DNA from: Robiginitomaculum sp.
GTDB taxonomy: Bacteria; Pseudomonadota; Alphaproteobacteria; Caulobacterales; Maricaulaceae
Direction of reading: 5' to 3'
Assembly: GCA_021776615.1 (NCBI GenBank)
Contig: JAJFFO010000023.1
Coordinates: 1 to 64,000 of the forward strand
Length of the DNA: 64,000 bases
Shown: positions 20,601 to 29,721 of the stretch, piece after piece
Position numbering within the stretch: position 1 is the first letter of the stretch
Layout of the letters: the number at the start of each line of letters is the position of its first letter
The notes under the pieces: generated by a model
The model's input: only the letters and a program-made list of their open reading frames with translations
Told to the model about the DNA's origin: nothing
Database searches by the model: none
Translations under genes and position numbers: made by a program

Positions 20601-23429
20601 ATAGGAATAGGTTTTGCGCGCATAGGCTTTGACGCTGATCGCCGTGTTTGGGGCAGGGCTGCCGTCCACATTCAGGGCTATGGCATGGAGTTTGAGATTG
20701 TCGGCACTGGCGGCCCAGCCTTCGGTCTTGATGCCGACGGCTTTGGCGGCAGGCCACAAATCAAATCTGGCGGCCTTGGTGAGGATCTGCCCATTGGCGT
20801 CGGGGTATTCCAACTCAGTGGTCAACTGGCTATGAGTTTTGACGACTGGCAGGCCGACAATGCTCAATCTTTTGGCCCCTTCATCGTCCAGTGTTGCCGG
20901 AATTAGCCCGGTTTTTATTTGCTGGCTTTGATCTTGGCCGCGACCATTGGACCCGCTTTGTGGATCGAGGGATTCGGCGGCAAAGCGGTAATCCGTATAG
21001 TTTTTAAACCGCGCGGGGACAGCGCGAACCAAGGTGCGCACTTTGACCCGCAGGCCTGAAGCGCCGCCGCCGGAGAGATAACGCACCATAAGGTCGAGCG
21101 GCATTTCGCCGGCGTTAATCAGTGGCTCGGTCGGTCCTTGGACAATCGCTTCCATGGTGGGCAGGCGAAATTCTTCAACCCGAAAACTGCCACTGCTTTC
21201 CCATGAATCGCCTTGAATAATACTGACCGAATAGACCCCCAAGCGCGCATCTTTGGGGATGGTGAAAGTGTTGAGCGCGCTGCCATTGGCGTCAAATTCA
21301 ACCGGCAAGTCATATTCCTGCCCGCTGGCATCATGACTGATGTGGATTTTAGCAGCCTTGGTGAATGTCGGCGGCAAAGCGAAGCCATTCGCGGTATGGC
21401 GACGCAGATAATGCTTCATGCTTACGGTTTCACCGGCGCGTAAGAGTGTGCGGTCAAAAACCGTATGGGCAATATTGGCCCGCCATTCACCGCCCATGGA
21501 CAGATCAAAATCATAAGGCGCAATGCCGTCTGTCCACTCGCTTAAGGTGAAGCTGAAATCATCGCCTTTGGCGGCGCTAACCACCAGCGGGTGGTTGTTT
21601 TCATTATAGCAACTGCCCCAGCTTGAGGGTGCATTCAACTTGGTTTCGACTCTGGCGGTGCCATCGGCGGCGGTGGTGCCATTCCATAAAACCTGCTTGG
21701 TGCAGGTGTCGCCAATGGCGATGTCGGCATTGGCGACAGGTTTGGCGCTGTCCAGTGCCGTTACCCAGATGAGGGAGGATTCGCGGCCCCACATAAAGTG
21801 CACCACCATATTGGTGACCAAAGCGGTGGTTGCCACATAACGCGGCGCGTCGCGGCCCAACAGCGCCGCCCCCAGAGACCGGCTTTGCAATTCCACGGCA
21901 TAAAAGCCGGGGTTTTTTAACGGTATGCCAATGACTTCAAAGGCTTTTTCGCCTTCCGGGCGCGGTACATCAAGGCGCTGAACTTCGGTGTTTTCATCAA
22001 AAATGGAGGTGGAACCCGTATCATTGCGATAAACTTCCTTGCCAGTTCCATCATCGACCCATTCGCCGCGCCATTGTCCGGTGGTCTTGGCCTTTTCCAT
22101 CCAGTCGAGCATGGCGAAAACGTCTTGGGCGCGGTGCACGCGCGCCGGAATATCGCCATCTATATTGTCAGTTTTTGGGCTTTGGCTGAGGCTGGCGGCG
22201 AGGCTGGGTTCAACATTGCGCACCGTGACCGGCAAAACCGCACCGGCATGGTCTTCAATAATGCCAAATTCACTGGCGAATTTAATCAGCGGCGGAAATT
22301 CATCCGTGCGCACATCAAGCGGAAAGCGTGTGGCGTTTTGCAAGGCGCGTCCTGCATCATCGACCATATTTGGTGGTAATTGCACGGTGAAGGATGCGTT
22401 GGGCGCAAATGGCGGTTTGAAGGTTATATTTCGGGTGGTTGGCGGCGCGTCATCGGCAAAATCGGGGCTTAAACTTTGGCCGTCCGCCCCCTTCAGCACA
22501 ATAGCTTTGGCCAGTTCGGTGGGGATGGCGGCGCTAAAATTAAGGCGCATATCCATCATTGGCAGGCACGGCGCTTCGGCATTGGTGCGCTGGCAACTAA
22601 ATTGCGCGGTAAAGGCCGGGCGGGTGCGAAAATTCAACGCCTGATCGCGCGTGGTGGCAATGCCCGAGGGGGCGGCGATGCCGGTGCCCCAAATCAGCGA
22701 CATTTTGGTGGCGGCGGGCAAAGTGCGTTGGCATTTTAGCGCGGTAATGGCATCTTCATCAGCAGGATTGGGGGCAGGGTTGGAGCTGTCACTATTGCGC
22801 ACTAAGCGCCGGTAATTATAGCCCATGGTGCGCGCTGAAACCAGTACGGCCTCGCGCTCATTGCCGGTTAAGACGGTAACCGGGATTTGCTCGCCAATGC
22901 CCTCAACGGCGCAATAGGCGTATTGGCTGACAGAGGCTGCCTCTGCCGGGGCATCCAGACCCAAAAGGAATATTTGATCTTCATCAATGGCCCGGAAACC
23001 TTCATAGGGCACGGTTTCGCGTACAGAGGGGCCGCCAGTATTGAAATTATAGGCTCTTTTGCCGATTATGAGCGTGCCATCCAGCGCCTTTATGCCCGGT
23101 TTTAGAGTAAGAGTGCATTGCAGGCCGCCTTGCAAATCGGCATCAAAATCATAGACCCAATTGCGGTTATCGGCCCATCGGCCATCGCCATCGGCGGCGC
23201 AATCAATCTCGAACGGGCTTTGCTGGCGCGGATCGCCCAGACTGGTCATCGGGGCTGAAAACCGCACGGCAATCTGGCGCACATCCTTTACGGTGCCCTG
23301 CGGCGAGAACACTTCGACTTTGGCGTCGGCAGCCATTGCCATCGTGGCCATGGTGCTTAAAACTGCCGCGCCGACCATTGATTTTATCCGGCTTTGCCAA
23401 TCAAGTTGGTTTTGCAAATTAATGCGCAT
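17628..23429 (-). CDS. bacterial alpha-2-macroglobulin family protein (YfhM-like), signal peptide, 1930+ aa
   Basis: Huge secreted protein with MG-domain repeats and a CxEQ thioester-type motif (YPYRCFEQ); classic co-operonic partner of pbpC; start trimmed to MRINLQ. Confidence 0.85.
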   Translation of the reverse strand: MRINLQNQLDWQSRIKSMVGAAVLSTMATMAMAADAKVEVFSPQGTVKDVRQIAVRFSAPMTSLGDPRQQSPFEIDCAADGDGRWADNRNWVYDFDADLQGGLQCTLTLKPGIKALDGTLIIGKRAYNFNTGGPSVRETVPYEGFRAIDEDQIFLLGLDAPAEAASVSQYAYCAVEGIGEQIPVTVLTGNEREAVLVSARTMGYNYRRLVRNSDSSNPAPNPADEDAITALKCQRTLPAATKMSLIWGTGIAAPSGIATTRDQALNFRTRPAFTAQFSCQRTNAEAPCLPMMDMRLNFSAAIPTELAKAIVLKGADGQSLSPDFADDAPPTTRNITFKPPFAPNASFTVQLPPNMVDDAGRALQNATRFPLDVRTDEFPPLIKFASEFGIIEDHAGAVLPVTVRNVEPSLAASLSQSPKTDNIDGDIPARVHRAQDVFAMLDWMEKAKTTGQWRGEWVDDGTGKEVYRNDTGSTSIFDENTEVQRLDVPRPEGEKAFEVIGIPLKNPGFYAVELQSRSLGAALLGRDAPRYVATTALVTNMVVHFMWGRESSLIWVTALDSAKPVANADIAIGDTCTKQVLWNGTTAADGTARVETKLNAPSSWGSCYNENNHPLVVSAAKGDDFSFTLSEWTDGIAPYDFDLSMGGEWRANIAHTVFDRTLLRAGETVSMKHYLRRHTANGFALPPTFTKAAKIHISHDASGQEYDLPVEFDANGSALNTFTIPKDARLGVYSVSIIQGDSWESSGSFRVEEFRLPTMEAIVQGPTEPLINAGEMPLDLMVRYLSGGGASGLRVKVRTLVRAVPARFKNYTDYRFAAESLDPQSGSNGRGQDQSQQIKTGLIPATLDDEGAKRLSIVGLPVVKTHSQLTTELEYPDANGQILTKAARFDLWPAAKAVGIKTEGWAASADNLKLHAIALNVDGSPAPNTAISVKAYARKTYSYRKRLIGGFYSYESSTRIEALDIGCSGKARSDGKFTCTLAPGQSGELILQASLVDDEGREANATTSIWVAGKDDWWFSAQDGDRMDLLIENTEYDGGDIAKVQVRSPFRSATALVVIEREGIIDSFVTKISGKTPIIKVPVKGGYAPNVYVSVMAVRGRVATWQSWLSDFARKHDLSWLSRDGGKETALIDLAKPAYRLGIANMRVGWAQHRLDVDVALDKSIYRIREQATADIKIARANGEALPKNAEIAIAVVDEALLQLAPNTSWDLLKAMMDERGLDVLTSTAQMQVVGKRHFGRKAVAHGGGGGRQDARQLFDTGLLWKGRVKLDENGQAQVKFALNDSLSAFRVVAIAQSGLDLFGTGMSTITTTQDLQLLAGLPKVVRENDRFDAAFTVRNAAKREMTVLVGGTVAGLGPLNEREITIPAGEARTVNWDVLVPYDVASLDWQIGVQEKSDDANGATDSLQVSQRVEPSIPVRVFQSTIRQITAPLAMATARPSDAIPGRGGVDVRLQASLGDGLQGVKDYMARYPYRCFEQRTSRAVALEDEELWRQTALALPSFMDSDGLVKYWPSDFLSGSDTLTAYVLSITDEAGLEIPQSQRDQMLDGLTAFVQGRIRRGSPLDTADLTLRKLAAIAALSRYDMADEQMLTSLSFDPNLLPTSAVLDWMNILRRVSGIPLRQSGIANAKQILRSRLNFQGTHMGFSTERQDDLWWLMISADTNAARALISLKDAPLWRADMARMARGLLSRQTNAHWRTTTGNAWGTLAMRQFSAAFEKDKVGGQSTTQMGQKTQSLQWGQDTALDFPTLAWGDGQQNLSVSHQGAGAPWAFITAKAAIPLREPLSTGYAITRSVEAISQAKPGTWSIGDVLRVKLEVDAQSDMTWVAVDDPIPAGAQILGGGLGGDSDLLTNGESNTGRAWPVYEERRFASYQAFYRYVPKGKFTLEYTLRLNTKGDFNLPPTRVEAMYAPEMFGEVPIAPLSVGAQAQ

Positions 23430-23654
23430 ATCTGTCCCCTTTTCCCCAGCACGACCATCTTTGGCGCACATATTGTCCAGATTGTGCGCAAGAGAAGGTA
23501 ATTTTGATCGTCCTTTGTGATCTTAACATCTTTCATAGCGTCGATCACGGGGGTATCTTGAGACTCAAGGATAATAATTCGTCGCCGTAAAATGACGAGA
23601 AATACGCGCCATACCCTGACGCATCGGAAGCTCAATAGCCAAGGTCAAAGCATT

Positions 23655-24860
23655 ATGAATCAAGAGTTTTACCAGCATTTACGCGACGAATTGCAGGCCA
23701 TTGACGAGGCCGGACTGACCAAAGCCGAGCGTAGTATTACCTCCCCTCAGGGACCAGAAATTGACGTGGCGGTGGGGGAAAGTTCAAAACACGTGCTTAA
23801 CTTTTGCGCCAACAACTATCTTGGCCTCGCCGATTCGCCGCTCTTGGTGCAGGCGGCGAAGGCCGCGTTGGATCGCGATGGGTTTGGCATGGCTTCGGTA
23901 CGCTTTATTTGCGGCACCCAAAGCATTCACGGCGTGCTCGAAGCGGCATTGAGCAAATTTTTTGGCAAGGAAGACAGCCTGCTTTATGTGGCTTGTTTCG
24001 ATGCCAATGGTGGCCTGTTTGAGCCGCTTTTTGGCGCTGAGGATGCGATTATCTCCGACTCGCTCAACCATGCGTCGATTATTGATGGCGTGCGCTTGTG
24101 CAAGGCCAAGCGTTTTCGCTATGCCAATAATGACATGCAGGATTTGGAGGCGCAGCTTAAGGCCGCCAATGCCGCTGGCGCGCGCCATAAAATCATTGCC
24201 ACCGATGGGGTGTTTTCCATGGACGGCATTATCGCAAACCTAAAAGGCATTTGCGATCTGGCCGATCAGTATGGCGCGTTGGTCATGGTTGATGACAGCC
24301 ATGCCACCGGCTTTATGGGTGCCAATGGTCGCGGCACGCCGGAATTTTGCGGGGTTGAGGATCGCGTGGACATTCTCACCGGCACTTTTGGCAAGGCGCT
24401 TGGCGGCGCGGCGGGCGGTTATGTCTCTGGGCGCAAAGAGGTGCTCGATATGTTGCGCCAACGCTCGCGGCCATACTTGTTCTCCAATGCCTTGCCACCA
24501 ATGCTGTGTGCGGCCGGCATAAAGGCGCTGGAAATGGTGCGTGATGGCGCGGCTTTGCGGGCGCAATTATTTGCCAATGCGCGACATTTTCGGAAACGCA
24601 TGGCCAAAGCCGGTTTTGATCTGGTGCCCGGCGAACACCCGATAATCCCGGTAATGCTGGGCGATGCACGTCTGGCGCAGGATATGGCGGCGATGATGCT
24701 CGATGAGGGGGTGTATGTCACCGGGTTTTCCTTCCCCGTAGTGCCCAAAGGGTTGGCGCGCATCCGCACGCAAATGTCGGCGGCGCACACCACCGAGCAG
24801 ATTGATTTTGCCGTGGACGCTTTTGTGCGGGTTGGTCGAAAATTGGGAGTGGTCACATGA
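23655..24860 (+). CDS. kbl: glycine C-acetyltransferase (2-amino-3-ketobutyrate CoA ligase)
   Basis: PLP-dependent alpha-oxoamine synthase motifs ([23 protein letters not shown] with Lys); 4-nt overlap with tdh; start trimmed to MNQEFYQ. Confidence 0.88.
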   Translation: MNQEFYQHLRDELQAIDEAGLTKAERSITSPQGPEIDVAVGESSKHVLNFCANNYLGLADSPLLVQAAKAALDRDGFGMASVRFICGTQSIHGVLEAALSKFFGKEDSLLYVACFDANGGLFEPLFGAEDAIISDSLNHASIIDGVRLCKAKRFRYANNDMQDLEAQLKAANAAGARHKIIATDGVFSMDGIIANLKGICDLADQYGALVMVDDSHATGFMGANGRGTPEFCGVEDRVDILTGTFGKALGGAAGGYVSGRKEVLDMLRQRSRPYLFSNALPPMLCAAGIKALEMVRDGAALRAQLFANARHFRKRMAKAGFDLVPGEHPIIPVMLGDARLAQDMAAMMLDEGVYVTGFSFPVVPKGLARIRTQMSAAHTTEQIDFAVDAFVRVGRKLGVVT

Positions 24861-25882
24861 AAGCGCTGGTAAAGGCCCGGCCGGAGCCGGGCATTTGGAT
24901 GCAGGACATGCCAATGCCGGATTTAGGCATTGATGATGTGCTTATCCGTATCAAAAAAACCGCCATTTGCGGCACCGATATCCATATTTACAATTGGGAT
25001 GAGTGGTCACAGGAGAATGTGCCGGTGCCGCTGATTACCGGCCATGAATTTATGGGCGAAATTGTCGAGTTGGGCAAAAATGTCACCCGGCACCGGCCGG
25101 GCCTGCGGGTTTCCGGCGAGGGGCATGTGGTTGGCGATCGCAGCCGCGCGGCGCGCGAAGGCAAATGGCACCTTTCACCCGATACCAAAGGTGTTGGCGT
25201 TAATCGCGCCGGGGCATTTGCCGAATATCTGGTGATCCCGGCATTTAACGTGGTGCCATTGCCCGAACATGTTAGCGATGATGAGGGCGCGATATTGGAC
25301 CCGCTGGGCAATGCCACCCATGCGGCATTAAGCTTTGATCTGGTTGGTGAAGACGTGTTGATCACCGGCGCTGGCCCAATCGGGGCTATGGCCGGGGCAA
25401 TTGCCCGCCATGCCGGGGCGCGCCATGTGGTGATTACCGACATTAACCCGGACCGCTTGAAGCTGGCGGGGGATTTGGCCGATGTGCGCCCGGTCAATGT
25501 GATGAAGGAAGATTTGCGCGATGTCATGGCCGAACTTGGCATGAAAGAAGGTTTTGATGTGGGGCTGGAAATGTCTGGCGCTGGCCCGGCGTTTACGCAA
25601 ATGGTTGATACCATGGTTATGGGCGGCAAAATTGCCTTATTGGGTATTCCGGCGGGCGAAACCTCGGTGCGCTGGTCAATTGTGATCGGCAAGGCCCTGA
25701 CCATTCAGGCGGTTTATGGTCGGCGCATGTTTGAAACCTGGTATAAAATGCTGGCCATGCTTGGCTCTGGCCTCAATGTTAAGCCGATCATCACTCACCA
25801 TTATGGCGTCGATGATTTTCAAGCCGGGTTTGATACCATGCGCGCGGGAAAGAGTGGCAAGGTGATACTGGATTGGGAATAG
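24857..25882 (+). CDS. tdh: L-threonine 3-dehydrogenase
   Basis: Zn-dependent MDR family, N-terminus MKALVK...ICGTDIHIY, structural Zn region, Rossmann GAGPIG; coupled to kbl. Confidence 0.9.
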   Translation: MKALVKARPEPGIWMQDMPMPDLGIDDVLIRIKKTAICGTDIHIYNWDEWSQENVPVPLITGHEFMGEIVELGKNVTRHRPGLRVSGEGHVVGDRSRAAREGKWHLSPDTKGVGVNRAGAFAEYLVIPAFNVVPLPEHVSDDEGAILDPLGNATHAALSFDLVGEDVLITGAGPIGAMAGAIARHAGARHVVITDINPDRLKLAGDLADVRPVNVMKEDLRDVMAELGMKEGFDVGLEMSGAGPAFTQMVDTMVMGGKIALLGIPAGETSVRWSIVIGKALTIQAVYGRRMFETWYKMLAMLGSGLNVKPIITHHYGVDDFQAGFDTMRAGKSGKVILDWE

Positions 25883-26080
25883 GGAGTATTTGCCCGCCCC
25901 ATTATGTTTGAATGCTAATGTTATATAAAAACTTATTTGCAAATAGTTTTTTGAAAAATTAAAGCATAAAGCAATTACTCATTCGTTTATTCGCACTGCT
26001 TCCGTTGTGACAGATGGACAAATGTATAAAAATAGTTTATAACCGTATTTGTTTATAAATTTCAATTTAAGGAAACCTAA

Positions 26081-27454
26081 ATGATAGAATCAATATTTAC
26101 TTCATCGATATTAGTCCTTCCTGTCTTTGCTTTAGGGCTAATTGTAACTTTGGCAATTTTGTTCCGCCGCGTTGTGAAAACCAACATGGTGCATATCGTC
26201 CAAAGCCGTCGCAAAACAACGCCATTTGGTGCCGGGCAGAAGTCTGGCAACGTCTATTATCGCTGGCCGTCCTGGGTCCCGTTTTTTGGGATAACGGTTA
26301 TTGAGCTTCCGGTCAGCAATTTTGACTTGTCGCTGGAAAGCTATGAGGCCTATGACAAGGACCGCGTTCCTTTTGTTGTTGATGTTGTTGCGTTTTTTCG
26401 AATCAATGACACGGCGAGTGCCGCACAGCGTGTGGAAAACATTCAGGAATTAGAGAATCAGCTATTGCAAATTATTCAAGGTGCGGTCCGGAAAATCCTT
26501 GCCGGATCAGACATTGACACCATCATGCTTGAGCGGGCGCAATTCGGCACCCAATTTACCGATGAGGTCAGCGGGCAACTGACGGAATGGGGTGTTGAGC
26601 CGGTTAAAGCCATGGAACTTATGGATATCCGCGACAGTAGCGATAGTCAGGTGATCCATAACATTATGGCCAAAAAGAAATCTCATATCGAGATGGAAAG
26701 CCGTGTGGAAGTCGCTAATAACCACAAAGAAGCGGAAACCGCCGAAATTGATGCCCGAAGAGCGGTAGATATACGCAAGCAGGAAGCGGAACAGGTGGTT
26801 GGTGAACGTACCGCTGAAAAAGATAAAGCCGTGGGTATTGCCGATGAACAGGCGCGCCAGGAAATATTGACGCAAGAGCGCGAAACTCGTGAGCGTGACA
26901 TGAAAGTGAAGCGTGTTGAGCAGGTCAATCAAGCCGAAATCACCAGAGATGAGCAAATCGTCGCGGCTGAACAAGAGCAAAAAACCACGGTGATTATTGC
27001 CGAAGGCGAGCTCGAAGCACAACGCCGGGAGGCTGCCGGCATTGAGGCGGTGGGCCTTGCCAAAGCTGAAGCCGAAAAGGCAATGCAATTAGCGCCGGTG
27101 AAGGCTCAGATCGAGCTTGCAAAAGAAATTGGCACTAATGAAGGCTATCAACAATATCTCGCCATCATCGAGTCGGTGAAAGGCTATATTGAAGTTGGTG
27201 GCAAACAGGCAGAAGCGTTAGAAAATGCCGATGTTAAGGTGATCGCCAATACCGGTAATCCTACCGAAGGCATGACCGGTGCCATGAATTTGTTCTCCTC
27301 AAAGGGTGGAACCGACATTGCCGCCATGGTTGAGGCTTTTGCTCAAAGCCCACTTGGTTCCGATATTCTTTCTCAGTTTATTTCTGCAAAAGCGGAAGAG
27401 AATAAGGATTTGCCGATTGCTGGCGGCTCACCTGATGATGGCCAAAGTGGCTAA
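26081..27454 (+). CDS. flotillin-like SPFH/band-7 domain protein (YqiK/FloT-like)
   Basis: N-terminal TM helix, SPFH domain, long Glu/Ala/Gln-rich coiled coil (flotillin repeats), C-terminal Gly-rich tail; no NfeD partner adjacent. Confidence 0.75.
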   Translation: MIESIFTSSILVLPVFALGLIVTLAILFRRVVKTNMVHIVQSRRKTTPFGAGQKSGNVYYRWPSWVPFFGITVIELPVSNFDLSLESYEAYDKDRVPFVVDVVAFFRINDTASAAQRVENIQELENQLLQIIQGAVRKILAGSDIDTIMLERAQFGTQFTDEVSGQLTEWGVEPVKAMELMDIRDSSDSQVIHNIMAKKKSHIEMESRVEVANNHKEAETAEIDARRAVDIRKQEAEQVVGERTAEKDKAVGIADEQARQEILTQERETRERDMKVKRVEQVNQAEITRDEQIVAAEQEQKTTVIIAEGELEAQRREAAGIEAVGLAKAEAEKAMQLAPVKAQIELAKEIGTNEGYQQYLAIIESVKGYIEVGGKQAEALENADVKVIANTGNPTEGMTGAMNLFSSKGGTDIAAMVEAFAQSPLGSDILSQFISAKAEENKDLPIAGGSPDDGQSG

Positions 27455-27560
27455 TAGCACGGCTGTGGCGTTTAGGGGTTTCCCGCCGGGTTTGATGCCA
27501 AGCCCGGTGGGGAAAGTGGGAAGGTGATGCTGAGCCGGGGGTGAAGGGGGCTTGGCGAAG

Positions 27561-28046
27561 TCAATACACAGTTGCGCGAAGGAGATCTGTAACATCTACC
27601 ACGCTTGGTATATCCCAGACTTTATCCTTGAGTAAAAAGATATGGCTATTTGTGTGACGTGAGAAATAGGAGTGTTGTTCGATTACTTTGTGTGGAATTA
27701 AAGCTGCGCGTAAAACGCTATAATTTTTGTCGAAAAGTACCCCGGCAAGAGTGTCGAATGGTTTTTGATCTAGATTACGAATGGCAGATAATTGCCGAGA
27801 TGTTTTATCTTGTGAAAGGCGGCGGCCCTTTATCTGAAAATGTTTTCCAACACGATCTGTTGCGTCATAGCCTTTTGCTGAATTTGGCGCAATTGTCCAC
27901 TTGAATGCGGTGCAGAATAGGTGTTCTGCCAAGTCACCAGTTGGGTTGTTTTCTGTTCGTAAAATGCCTCGCTCGCGCAACTCCTCCGTTATATTGGTAA
28001 AGCGACATAGTAGTTCACTGACAGTTAGCTTTTTTAAATCGACCAA
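27561..28046 (-). CDS. orphan hypothetical protein, 161 aa, possible PD-(D/E)xK-like nuclease core (GYDATD ... FQIKGRR); function unknown
   Basis: Clean ORF with about 42% GC in an AT-rich islet; no recognisable family motifs beyond a D...QxK arrangement; convergent with the flotillin gene. Confidence 0.45.
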   Translation of the reverse strand: MVDLKKLTVSELLCRFTNITEELRERGILRTENNPTGDLAEHLFCTAFKWTIAPNSAKGYDATDRVGKHFQIKGRRLSQDKTSRQLSAIRNLDQKPFDTLAGVLFDKNYSVLRAALIPHKVIEQHSYFSRHTNSHIFLLKDKVWDIPSVVDVTDLLRATVY

Positions 28047-28100
28047 TAGATATCCTTTACTTTATTAAGCATGTTTTATTGCACGGTTTATCTGGGTAAT

Positions 28101-28179
28101 CCAGTCGGGGGGTGTCACCCCGGAGGCCGTGAGACTATCCGGGGCCTATGTGGATCCCGGATTAAATCCGGGATGACAC
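28101..28179. repeat. copy B of the nested-palindrome repeat element (opposite orientation to copy A)
   Basis: Direct block-wise identity to the reverse complement of 11771-11867. Confidence 0.7.
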
Positions 28180-28337
28180 GACTATTAGGGATGACACCAA
28201 CATTCGGGCTGGCACCAACACCCAAGATGAAGCGAACATCCGAGATGGCACCAACACCCGGACGGTACAACATAAAGGCTTGCAGCCTGTCCCGGATGAC
28301 GCGGCATTCATTGGTTGGAGCGTTTGTGGGATGACAC
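28170..28337 (+). promoter_or_regulatory. array of degenerate direct repeats GGGATGACAC (x3 exact, plus GAGATGGCAC and CGGATGACGC) and two copies of GGCACCAACACCC in the cdd promoter region
   Basis: Exact copies at 28170, 28188 and 28328; variants at 28244 and 28293; GGCACCAACACCC at 28211 and 28247; may be repeat-element debris and/or operator sites. Confidence 0.4.
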
Positions 28338-28384
28338 GGCCAGATATTTGGGTCCATATTATCCAAAAAAACCTCGGAGAAAAA

Positions 28385-28792
28385 ATGACCACCAAAAAAC
28401 AACAACTTTTCGACGCTGCCAAATCGGTGCGCGATAATGCCCATGCGCCGTATTCGAAATACCATGTCGGGGCGGCATTGCTGGCTGATGACGGGGCGGT
28501 TTACGCCGGGGCTAATGTGGAAAATGCCTCTTATCCGGAAGGGTGGTGCGCCGAAACTTCGGCCATTGCCGGGCTTGTTGCCGCGGGCGCAAAGCGGATC
28601 ACCGAAGTGTGTGTGGTGACAAAAAGTAATCCGCCGGGAACGCCGTGTGGCGGTTGTCGCCAGCGGCTTGCCGAATTTGCCGAAGCGGATACGCCGGTGC
28701 ATATTGCCAATCTGGATGGTGTTGTGCGGACCTGGCGTATGGACGAATTGCTGCCGGGCGCATTCAAACTCAAGGGGCTAGACGTGTCATGA
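28385..28792 (+). CDS. cdd: cytidine deaminase
   Basis: CDA zinc-binding motifs (HAPYS...CAE and PCGGCRQ); start trimmed to MTTKKQQ; stop overlaps punA start (ATGA). Confidence 0.9.
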   Translation: MTTKKQQLFDAAKSVRDNAHAPYSKYHVGAALLADDGAVYAGANVENASYPEGWCAETSAIAGLVAAGAKRITEVCVVTKSNPPGTPCGGCRQRLAEFAEADTPVHIANLDGVVRTWRMDELLPGAFKLKGLDVS

Positions 28793-29610
28793 TCAGTACA
28801 GAAGTGAAGAAAGCTGCCGAATATGTGCGCGAGCGTATTGGCGAGCAAAAACGGCTTGCCATTGTGTTGGGCTCTGGCCTTGGCGGTCTTGCCGATGCAT
28901 TGCAGGACACGATCAGCATTCCCTACACAGAAATTCCGGGCTTTCCAATTTCCGGCGTTGCCTCCCATGCGGGTGCTTTGTTGGCCGGGCATATAGACGG
29001 CGCGCCGCTTCTGTTGCTGGCGGGCCGCGCGCATTATTATGAACATGGCAATGCTCGCGCTATGGCCGTGCCGATCCAGACCTTGAAAGAGTTGGGCGTG
29101 GAAACGCTTATTTTGACCAATGCGGCGGGCAGTTTGCGCAAGGACGTGCCACCGGGGGCGGCGTCTTTGATTACCGACCATATCAATTTCTCCGGACTTA
29201 ATCCGCTGATTGGCGCCGAGGGCAATGAGCGCTTTGTTGATCTGGGTAATGCCTATGATCTGGAATTGCGCGACCGTATTCGTGCCGCCGCCAAAGCTTC
29301 CGACGCGGTGCTGCATGAAGGGGTTTATGTGTGGTTTTCGGGGCCGAGTTTTGAAACTCCGGCAGAAATTCGCGCCACCAGAGTGTTGGGCGGCGATCTG
29401 GTCGGCATGTCGACCGTGCCCGAAGTTATTCTGGCGCGCCATCAGGGCTTGCGGGTTGGCGGGGTATCGCTGGTGACCAATTATGGCGCGGGTATGGAAA
29501 GCGAAGTCTTGAGCCATGCGATGACCATGGAAGTCGCCGCGCAGGGTGCTGAGAATATGATGAAGCTGTTCCGGGCGATTATTGCAGATTTGAACACCAA
29601 TCCACTTTAG
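28789..29610 (+). CDS. punA: purine nucleoside phosphorylase (PNP-I / PunA type)
   Basis: Motifs GSGLGGLAD, LTNAAGS, ITDHINFSG, GMSTVPEVI matching trimeric PNP family. Confidence 0.88.
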   Translation: MISTEVKKAAEYVRERIGEQKRLAIVLGSGLGGLADALQDTISIPYTEIPGFPISGVASHAGALLAGHIDGAPLLLLAGRAHYYEHGNARAMAVPIQTLKELGVETLILTNAAGSLRKDVPPGAASLITDHINFSGLNPLIGAEGNERFVDLGNAYDLELRDRIRAAAKASDAVLHEGVYVWFSGPSFETPAEIRATRVLGGDLVGMSTVPEVILARHQGLRVGGVSLVTNYGAGMESEVLSHAMTMEVAAQGAENMMKLFRAIIADLNTNPL

Positions 29611-29721
29611 CGAAATAACTTGACCATTCGGTCAGGTTTGGGGTATTCGCCGCGGTTCAAATATGTCATGATGCCCTTATCAGAATGTCATGAGCAGGCT
29701 ACAGGAAAAGAGAATATCCCC

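Larger units (their letters stand above)
25883..28100. other. AT-rich islet (about 42-47% GC versus about 58-60% flanks) carrying a lone flotillin-like gene and an orphan hypothetical gene; probable laterally acquired insertion
   Basis: Marked drop in GC visible in the sequence (for example 25900-26080 is about 30% GC); codon usage of both genes is A/T-rich at third positions; no integrase or tRNA at the borders. Confidence 0.6.

Noticed and set aside
23592-23654. N-terminal extension of kbl from the ORF track ([21 protein letters not shown])
   Set aside because: Extension has no homology to Kbl N-termini. MNQEFYQ at 23655 aligns with the canonical Kbl start
26081-28046. Flotillin plus hypothetical as a two-gene operon or toxin-antitoxin pair
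   Set aside because: Genes are convergent (opposite strands) with a 106-nt spacer containing a hairpin, so they cannot be co-transcribed; treated as separate cargo of the same islet
28531-29517. 328-aa minus-strand ORF
   Set aside because: Antisense to well-supported punA/cdd with no recognisable domains. Typical long antisense ORF in a GC-rich genome. The same applies to 35797-36768, 33681-34316, 31618-32355, 29905-30543, 47406-48341, 53894-54739, 10153-10926, 12604-13314, 5483-6211
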